Assembly: GCA_001244265.2 (NCBI GenBank)
Contig: CDLV01000011.1
Location: 1,674,001-1,737,007 of the forward strand
Direction of reading: 5' to 3'
DNA: 63,007 bases
Origin: Microbotryum violaceum
Lineage: Eukaryota
Under the pieces are notes generated by a model. The model did not search any database. It had not been told where the DNA came from and worked only from the letters and a program-made list of their open reading frames with translations. Position 1 is the first letter of the stretch. The number at the start of each line of letters is the position of its first letter. Of the stretch, positions 54,001 through 63,007 are shown piece by piece. A program made the position numbers and the translations under genes.

Positions 54001-54463
54001 TCAAACGGGCGACATAGACCTTGGTAAAGATCTTGTAATCGCACTCGCGCAGGGTGATCGGCCGGTACGACGAAAGTTCGGCGCGATCGGCATTCTTCTT
54101 GTGTCGCTTGAAGATGAGGCGCACGAGTCCTTGGCCCTGCTTGGGAGAGAGTGAGCCTCGCTCTATCATCGCGTTGTAGGCCTTGGTCAGCACCTTGGCC
54201 CACGCCTTGGGTGCGGTCTGGTAGAGTTCGTAGGGCACGCCCGACGGTCCCGGCGATCGCCCCGGGTGCGTCGTCCCGATCGCGGCCACGACCTCGTCCT
54301 CGGTGATTGGTCGCTGGAGTAAGTTGATCTGTGATTCCGAGAGTCGGCGCAGATGTAAGGCAAGTTTGCCTTACGCACCTTATGTGGCACCGGTATTTGA
54401 ATTACATCAATTCAAATTGCTTTACTTTTGGATCAGGCGTTAGGGTGCTGCGCTTGCCTTTCA
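51059..54463 (-). mobile_element. 5'-truncated LINE, mirror copy
   Basis: Mirror of 9474-12881; TSD TATCTTT at 51052-51058 and 54464-54470. Confidence 0.92.
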
Positions 54464-57400
54464 TATCTTTCGATCACGAACGCCGGGAAGGGACGTCGAG
54501 TGCCATGCGGGCTTGTCGCGTTTGTGCAAGTAGAACGCAAAGGATTTGTGAACGCGAGACTCACCACCTTGACCCCCTTTACTTGACCTTCGTCGTAGGT
54601 ATTCAAACATTCAATATCAGTCTGTGCTCGCGCCTTAACAGAATGGGAACACCCGAGGAGGAGCCAAAGATGCTTATGTTCACCATCACCGTTCTTTTTG
54701 TCCCCTTCCTCCTCGTCCTCACCTTCTTTGTTGCTGTCTTTTGGCGAAGAGTGGCCCAACTCGATCGAACCGCAAAGAGGAATGTTGGGGTGGAAGCCAT
54801 CTTCCCCTGCAGGAAAAAGTAGTGGGTAACGGAGAGGCATCGCGGACGGATGGAGCGAGCTAACGATTTGGTACTTGGGCCGACCATCGGGACATCGATC
54901 ACCGTGCACCTGGAGAATAAGGTCTTGCGGTCCACGATCTCCCGTGTTGGTGTCGGAATCGCAGATAAGCATCGCCATTTCCGTGCTCGACGTAGGAAGG
55001 TTGTGGGTACGTCGGTCCCGGCCTGGCGGGAGGCAGAGGCGCAGGATCCACTCTTTGGCCGTATCCCAACCTGCGCGAGCTTTGGCCGATGCGAACTCCC
55101 TCATAAAGCGATTGCCGGTGCGCAACATGGACTCGAGCTTGGTCAGCGTTGATCTTTGAATGCGAGTCTTTGCGCTGTCGGGTCCTTGAAGTCGTGTGTC
55201 GGTGGCCTCGGCCGGGTTGATCAGCCATATTTGAGCAAAGGCTGGGCGTTGATTCACGGCAGGGATCAGGGCGCCGAGTCGATGGTAGAGGCGACCAAAC
55301 ACGCAAAACACGGTGGCTCCTAGTTCCCAGTGCTGAGCCTTGCAGTGGGTGCACACGGCCGTCTGCGGGCCGAGGTCGTCGCGGATCGAAACGTGGGGCT
55401 TGAGGGGTTTGAGCGCGATTCGAGCCCGGCGCACTCGCCTTTGCGGAGGTGGTGGTGGGCGAGCCCAGCGTCGAGTTGGCCATCGCGCTGACCACGCTGT
55501 CCGTTCTGCACAGCTGCACGGCGGGCTCGTATACGTGTCGCAATGCCAAGATCGGTTGCATTGTTGTCATGACGCGCGGGGACTGATCTCGTTGATCGGT
55601 GCGGGACGAAGAGGAGGGTCGAGCCGCGGGCGCCCAGCAGCGAGCGCTCGAGCTGGCCCATGGTACGGCGCTATCCTCGCGCCCAAGACTTGGCGAGGTT
55701 GCGATGGCCCTCCCTGAGTCCCTGGCGACCTTGGGACCGGGACATAGCAGCGAGGGTTTGTTCTTGAATGAGTGTCACTAAAATTGGATGAGAGTGAGAG
55801 GGAGAAAGGAAAGGTTCGAGGGAGTGGCGCAGGATTATTTACGTGGTTTGATTTGTTGTTCAGCCCCTAATGCCGCTGGTCGAATGCCATACGGGCAAAT
55901 TGGTTGTTCAGCCCCTAATGCCGCTGGTCGACTGCCGGAATGACACTGACACCGCCGGCGCACCGCATCACGTGACAAACGCCAGCCCTCGCCTCGCACG
56001 TCAGGCAGAGCTCTGCTGTAGAAGCAATATCATGTAAAGCCACGCGCTTGCGGTTCATTAAATGCAATATGAGTGGAAGCATTGTTTTACGTGAGTGAAA
56101 AAAAGAAGGAAAATACTGGGAGCGCTGTAGCTTCGTTGGAACGGCGCAGAAAATACAAAAGCTACCACAGCGCTTGTACATGACTTCTGATCAAAACATG
56201 GACACCACAGGCAGGTGCGGCAGACACAACAGTATGCTGGTACATCCACCACAGGCGGCCCGGAGGGCCGCAACCTAGTTAAAAACAGCGATTTTAGGTA
56301 CATTCCTTAACTCACACTTTTTTTTTACTAGTTAGGGTAATGTTGTAATTTACCGAATACAGGCCCAGCGTATGCTTCTATTGACAATTTCAGCCCAGAG
56401 CGTCGTTCCCAACCGTCGCAACCGGTGCGGGGCCACCGCCTCATCAGCTCCTCTTTACTCATCGCTGTTAAGCCAGCTCCACACGGCCAGCCCTGTCGAT
56501 TGGGCACATCGCACCGTTTCTCACCCCGCCTTTCGCACGGTCTGACTTCCGCTAGCCTCGCGCGGTTGCATCGATTAAATGGATTCCAAGGGTTACCCCG
56601 TCGACAAGAAAGTAGAGGTTTCCATGTTTTTGGGGGCGGAGGATCAAACCCGTTGAACAGATGAGAACGACGTGATTTGACATTAGAAGGCAGAGGTTTC
56701 CAGGTTCTCCCTCATTCTCTCACACTTTTACTGTGCACTGCTTGAAGTGACGGTTCTCCACATGTAAATAAAGTCTTCTGATACTACTCTATCTAGATGC
56801 AGCATCAAACAACCGGCGACCACCACAGAACAGGAACGTGTCCAACCAAATCAAAGTTCTGAGTTAACTATACTTTCCTTTGCTGCCCAACCCAATTAAA
56901 AGTCTGGAATTTCCACACCTCGAAAATGTGTTGACCATAAAATACGAACCCTTGATGGTCAACACTAGCGCTGGCGGATATGGGTACGGCCGCTAGTTCT
57001 AGGGCAGCACCGGCACGCCGCAGCGGCTCGATTGCTTGGACCTGCTCCTGACTCTGAAGTGGCAGAGTGCAAAGTCAACGTACACCACGGGTTAGTATCA
57101 CACTTCAGCCTTCTTGGGGAATAGATCTACGTATCGTAACGACGTGGCCGAAATCCGCATCGACGCCTTATAATCAGAGCCGGACTCCGGTAGACTCAAG
57201 GCTTCCCTCCGAAGGGTGTCCGCCAACAGTGTCCCAGACGTATCCGTGTGCGATTCCGCGTACTCGAAGTTAGCAGAAGGATCCCACGGTTTCTGATCAT
57301 TTAAGCGCGTACTTTCGCCATTGGAACGCATGGGCTGGTCGTGCTTGCAGTGCGCCAAGGGGGGCGCAATGTCATTATGTCATGCTTGATCGTCTCGGCC

Positions 57401-57904
57401 ATTTTGTGCGAGATGAATTGGTCCGCCGGTTCGAGGATTGAAGCAAGCATCGTGATACTACTGTGAATGGGTGCAGGGCCTTGTGCGTTATGAAGGGACC
57501 TCCTGGATTCAACCCCACACGGCTGCGCCAGAACGGGTGAGCAATTTGTTCCGCATCCATACATAATGCCGCGAGTAAATGGTGCATTTACCAATTACGC
57601 GCGCGCGTCTACCCCCGAAGCTTGACCCATCTACCCCGGTAGTAAGGTGCAAAGTTCACTTACAAATGGTGCATTCTTCGCGTAAGTTGGTGCGTTTGCT
57701 CAGGAAGAAAGGTGCGTTTACCAATTAAGGATGGTGCATTTACCTGACGTAGCTGGGCAATTCGCTGTATCTCGTGTAGTATGCCATGTATCACTTTGAA
57801 ACTTGACGAGCCCTTTTACATGACCACCAAATACGTCCACACTTGGTAAGACGCACTCTCACCCGGACCTCATGTAGTTGAAGATCGTGCCTGTAACCCA
57901 ACCC

Positions 57905-58438
57905 CAAGGGTCCGCATTAGATCTGATCTGATCTGATCTGATGGGGTCAGATCAAGTTCAGATCAACCAAGCCTCGAGGAAAAGAATCCAAAGTAGGCGG
58001 TACCTGGATGCTGTCATTGTGATTTGAAGTGCCAACTGCGCCCACCTGATCACTGCATGAGAGAGAATGCAGCGCGCCATCTGCCATCTGCCATCGCCGC
58101 CACATTGGGTGTCGGCCCCGCGCCACAGAAGTACTACAGGGTGTGGTCCTCCTCTGATGCGCCTTCGTTGCAGTGTCAGGTGCTGACTCATTGCAAACAC
58201 TTTCTCATAGGGATCACATGCGACCCAATCCAGTCATAGAAGCGGGGAGCTCCTCCAAAAAGCGGCGGCTTAGCAAAGAAGATTAGGATTTCAACATGTA
58301 GACATGTAGAAGTCTTTATGTGCCAAATTAGGCAATTTCATGTCTCAGATCAGATCAAGATCAGATTAGTCAAGGCAGAATCAGAAAAATCCAGATCAGA
58401 TCTGATCTGACGGTGATCTGATCTAATGCGGATCCTTG
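57905..58438. mobile_element. MITE, copy within terminal repeat 2
   Basis: Same TIRs as 4925-5459. Confidence 0.75.
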
Positions 58439-60230
58439 CCAATGAGTCAAGCTCGATTCTCGAAGCAGACAACCCAAGGCGCACATCAGGAACTCGTCCC
58501 AGGATACCAAAAATTAGCAACAATGTACAGATAAAGATTTGACGGGAATACTACACAAACGAAGGATCGCTCCACGCCATCCGAGACAAGCCATTTTCGC
58601 CGAAACAAATGTTGCACTGACTCTTTTTCAACCCTTCGCCATACCCAAACACAAGATCGCCACGTCTTTCGTGGCACTACCAGATCCAGATACAATATGT
58701 CCGATTAATCGACATGGTTCTTGTGCTTCTTGGGACCGTCTGCACGTCGGAGCAAAAGCGGGTTTCGTGCGCCGGGGAATCAGCAAAAGTCTTTCTCGGC
58801 GCCGAAACTTCGTAGTGGTGCGAAGGCCAACCGTACACTTTGCCTCGTATTCCGTTTTTTGCTTGTCGTGTCTGTACGATTGCAGCGCGTTATTCAGTGT
58901 GAAGAACAGTAGGCTTGACCGACTTCCTTTTCCGACGCAGGATTGGGATCCTCTGGGGGAAAATACTCACGTCGATCCAGCCAAGTTTGAAGAATGCGCC
59001 AGCGAAGAAGGAACCTATGTGAGGTGAGGAGTCAATCAGAGAAATCTTTCGACTTTTTAAAAATCGGTCAGGTTCTCACCTTGAACGTAGAAGCTTTCCA
59101 TCCCTGCGAGGGTCCCCAAACAAATCAAAAGGAGCTCAAAAGAGTTAATCCCCTCCCGAATAGACTCTTCGGATGGAATGGGGTTGCGAGGGACTGACCT
59201 TCATGATCCCACTCCTCATCTTGTCGGCCGTTTCCTCGGCCGTAACTTGTCGTTTTTCCGTCTTGACCGCCACACTTGAGTCGGGTAACATGGTCGTTAT
59301 CAGTGCCGAGGAGGTGGATGCACCAGTTCGGGCGACCAGACCGAGCTCGGTCACTCCCAAGCCAGACCAGACCAGGCCAGGTGATCGAGGCGATAAGGGG
59401 GAATGAAGAGAGAGCTTACCCTTTCGAACTGATGGAAACACCTTGATGTGCCAAACTATCCTTGTCGAACTGAACGGGAAATCCAAAACCCATATTCGAA
59501 TCAGCAACCCCCCTCTCGGAATTCGAGCCCTCCACAGAGTCCTTCCACAATTTCCTCTCAACTCCAATTTTAGAATCCTGGACTAGACTAGACCCCCCCT
59601 CCCCCCCCCGCCGCCCCAAGCCGAAACAAACTCACCTCACAGCCGAATTCCAAGCGGCCACGGCCAACTTGACCGTATAAGCGAGACCCCCGAACAGGGC
59701 CAAGGTAAGGAAGAGCTTGATCAGGTTCCAGATCAACGAGCCGCTGTCGACGTCGTGGGATTTGGCCATGGCTGGCCCGGGGTGAAGTCGATGAGGTGTG
59801 GGATGAGGCTGAGCTGAGGTGCAGTGGAGGCTTGAAGATTATTGAGGTTGGAGTGTGGCTCCTGGAGAGGGGGGTGGGGCGGTGTAATAGGCGAAGAGGG
59901 GTGTAAGTAGAACAACGGCTCAAACGACGAGGTGCACAGCCAACAGACAACACCGCGTCCTATTACTAAACCAGAGGCCCTCAGGAGGTCCAAGCTCAAA
60001 ACACCCCCTCGTTATTATTTTGTATCAAGCCTAATTAGATTTCACATATTCGTTATCTGCACAAAATCAATGTTTCTTGAAAAGGGGGGTTGGACTTATG
60101 TAAAGTCACAGCCACTAGATCCATAGCTCCCACACTCATGAAAGCATCAAAATGTGATTCCAATCATGTGAGCACCAACCATCCTTCCGAGTCCTATTCC
60201 ATGGTGTAAGTCACATCATCTGGTCCAGAA

Positions 60231-60518
60231 GTGTAGGGCTGGAAGCACACGTTCCAGATGGGACAACTCACGGGATCTCCTTGCCTGAGCCCGCACAGCA
60301 TGCGCACAGCCTCCGTGAGGTATCCATTGATGATGTAAAGAAGTGACACCGATCTGTAGATGACGTTGAGAAGGCCAAGGAAGCGTTCTGGCGCTCCCAT
60401 CGCTCGAAAGACGCTCATGATCCAGTCATGATCAACCAGGTTATATGCGCTTTCCTGATCAAGCGATAGGAGAGCCGAGTCAGCAAGGTCAAGAGAGCGA
60501 ATTGGTTCAAGGAGCAGG
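60231..60518 (-). pseudogene. LINE RT fragment (copy of 7260-7548)
   Basis: ORF 60194-60418 is identical to ORF 7223-7447. Confidence 0.85.
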
Positions 60519-60562
60519 GGACAGGGACAAGTGACTTCCCGCTCTGAGGCCTTTACCCTATA

Positions 60563-63007
60563 TTACCCTAACTAGTTACCCTAACTAGTAACTAGTAAAA
60601 AAAAGGTGTGGGTTAAGGAATGTACCTAAAATCGCTGTTTTAACTAGGTTGCGGCCCTCCGGGCCGCCTGTGGTGGATGTACCAGCATACTGTTGTGTCT
60701 GCCGCACCTGCCTGTGGTGTCCATGTTTTGATCAGAAGTCATGTACAAGCGCTGTGGTAGCTTTTGTATTTTCTGCGCCGTTCCAACGAAGCTACAGCGC
60801 TCCCAGTATTTTCCTTCTTTTTTCACTCACGTAAAACAATGCTTCCACTCATATTGCATTTAATGAACCGCAAGCGCGTGGCTTTACATGATATTGCTTC
60901 TACAGCAGAGCTCTGCCTGACGTGCGAGGCGAGGGCTGGCGTTTGTCACGTGATGCGGTGCGCCGGCGGTGTCAGTGTCATTCCGGCAGTCGACCAGCGG
61001 CATTAGGGCTGAACAACCAATTTGCCCGTATGGCATTCGACCAGCGGCATTAGGGGCTGAACAACAAATCAAACCACGTAAATAATCCTGCGCCACTCCC
61101 TCGAACCTTTCCTTTCTCCCTCTCACTCTCATCCAATTTTAGTGACACTCATTCAAGAACAAACCCTCGCTGCTATGTCCCGGTCCCAAGGTCGCCAGGG
61201 ACTCAGGGAGGGCCATCGCAACCTCGCCAAGTCTTGGGCGCGAGGGTAGCGCGGTAGCGCGGTACCACGGGCCCGCGGCTCGACCCTCCTCTTCGTCCCG
61301 CACCGATCAACGAGATCAGTCCCCCGCCGTCATGACAACAATGCAACCGATCTTGGCATTGCGACACGTATAAAGCCCGCCGTGCAGCTGTGCAGAACGG
61401 ACAGCGTGGTCAGCGCGATGGCCAACTCGACGCTGGGCTCGCCCCACCACCACCTCCGCAAAGGCGAGTGCGCCGGGCTCGAATCGCGCTCAAACCCCTC
61501 AAGCCCCACGTTTCGATCCGCGACGACCTCGGCCCGCAGACGGCCGTGTGCACCCACTGCAAGGCTCAGCACTGGGAACTAGGAGCCACCGTGTTTTGCG
61601 TGTTTGGTCGCCTCTACCATCGACTCGGCGCCCTGATCCCTGCCGTGAATCAACGCCCAGCCTTTGCTCAAATATGGCTGATCAACCCGGCCGAGGCCAC
61701 CGACACACGACTTCAAGGACCCGACAGCGCAAAGACTCGCATTCAAAGATCAACGCTGACCAAGCTCGAGTCCATGTTGCGCACCGGCAATCGCTTTATG
61801 AGGGAGTTCGCATCGGCCAAAGCTCGCGCAGGTTGGGATACGGCCAAAGAGTGGATCCTGCGCCTCTGCCTCCGCCAGGCCGGGACCGACGTACCCACAA
61901 CCTTCCTACGTCGAGCACGGAAATGGCGATGCTTATCTGCGATTCCGACACCAACACGGAGATCGTGGACCGCAAGACCTTATTCTCCAGGTGCACGGTG
62001 ATCGATGTCCGATGGTCGGCCCAAGTACCAAATCGTTAGCTCGCTCCATCCGTCCGCGATGCCTCTCCGTTACCCATACTTTTTCCTGCAGGGGAAGATG
62101 GCTTCCACCCAACATTCCTCTTTGCGGTTCGATCGAGTTGGGCCACTCTTCGCCAAAAGACAGCAACAAAGAAGGTGAGGACGAGGAGGAAGGGACAAAA
62201 AGAACGGTGATGGTGAACATAAGCATCTTTGGCTCCTCCTCGGGGTTCCCATTCTGTTAAGGCGCGAGCACAGACTGATATTGAATGTTTGAATACCTAC
62301 GACGAAGGTCAAGTAAAGGGGTCAAGGTGGTGAGTCTCGCGTTCACAAATCCTTTGCGTTCTACTTGCACAAACGCGACAAGCCCGCATGGCACTCGACG
62401 TCCCTTCCCGGCGTTCGTGATCGAAAGATATGAAAGGCAAGCGCGGCACCCTAACGCCTGATCCAAAAGTAAAGCAATTTGAATTGATGTAGTTCAAATA
62501 CCAGGTGCCACATAAGGTGCGTAAGGCAAACTTGCCTTACATCTGCGCCGACTCTCGGAATCACAGATCAACTTACTCCAGCGACCAATCACCGAGGACG
62601 AGGTCGTGGCCCGATCGGGACGACGCACCCGGGGCGATCGCCGGACCGTCGGGCGTGCCTACGAACTCTACCAGACCGCACCCAAGGCGTGGGCCAAGGT
62701 GCTGACCAAGGCCTACAACGCGATGATAGAGCGAGGCTCACTCTCTCCCAAGCAGGGCCAAGGACTCGTGCGCCTCATCTTCAAGCGACACAAGAAGAAT
62801 GCCGATCGCGCCGAACTTTCGTCGTACCGGCCGATCACCCTGCGCGAGTGCGATTACAATCTTTACCAAGGTCTATGTCGCCCGTTTGAACCAGATTCTA
62901 CCGGATCTCCTCCCGCCGCAGCAGCACGGATTCGTCAAGGACCGCCGATCGCTGACGCTGCACTACACCTTCGTCTCCTGATCGAGGAAGTTGGCGCGCG
63001 CAGACCG
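60563..63007 (+). mobile_element. Helitron type A 5' part plus start of LINE (copy of 7594-10057)
   Basis: Colinear with 7594-10057, many single-base deletions. Confidence 0.88.

Larger units (their letters stand above)
35335..56340 (-). repeat. Right arm of giant inverted repeat
   Basis: Mirror of 7594-30206; contains an extra LINE (39289-44029) and a solo LTR in place of the two-LTR copia. Confidence 0.96.
47449..56340 (-). mobile_element. Helitron type A, mirror copy
   Basis: Mirror of 7594-16493 with the same LINE insertion and same premature stop; 3' palindrome + CTGG|T at 47449. Confidence 0.92.
52982..63007 (+). repeat. Terminal direct repeat, copy 2
   Basis: Colinear with 1-10057; ~30 bp shorter through single-base deletions that increase toward the window end, plus a few substitutions. 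Confidence 0.97.

Overview
Eukaryotic DNA, most likely a basidiomycete fungus (inferred from spliceosomal GT-AG introns, a fungal-type eS10/RPS10 gene and fungal-type transposon families). The window is almost entirely nested, decayed mobile elements (Helitrons, four or five LINE families, a Ty1/copia element, a gag-only LTR element, solo LTRs, a MITE) in a highly ordered layout. Two ~16.3-kb core inverted arms (7594-30206 and 35335-56340) each run from a Helitron 5' end to a Helitron 3' end (hairpin + CTGG|T). They enclose a 5.1-kb spacer that holds the only recognisable housekeeping gene, RPS10. A second ~4.2-kb spacer lies outside the arms, and 1-10057 recurs at 52982-63007, so the unit is either a ~52.98-kb circle or part of a tandem array. 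Each arm carries one apparently intact 3-exon secreted-protein gene, and the two copies differ mostly by amino-acid-changing substitutions. Arm-specific events (two-LTR copia versus solo LTR with the same TSD, a LINE insertion, a 344-bp insertion, VNTR copy number) indicate the arms are distinct, diverging copies. All alignments and counts were made by eye.
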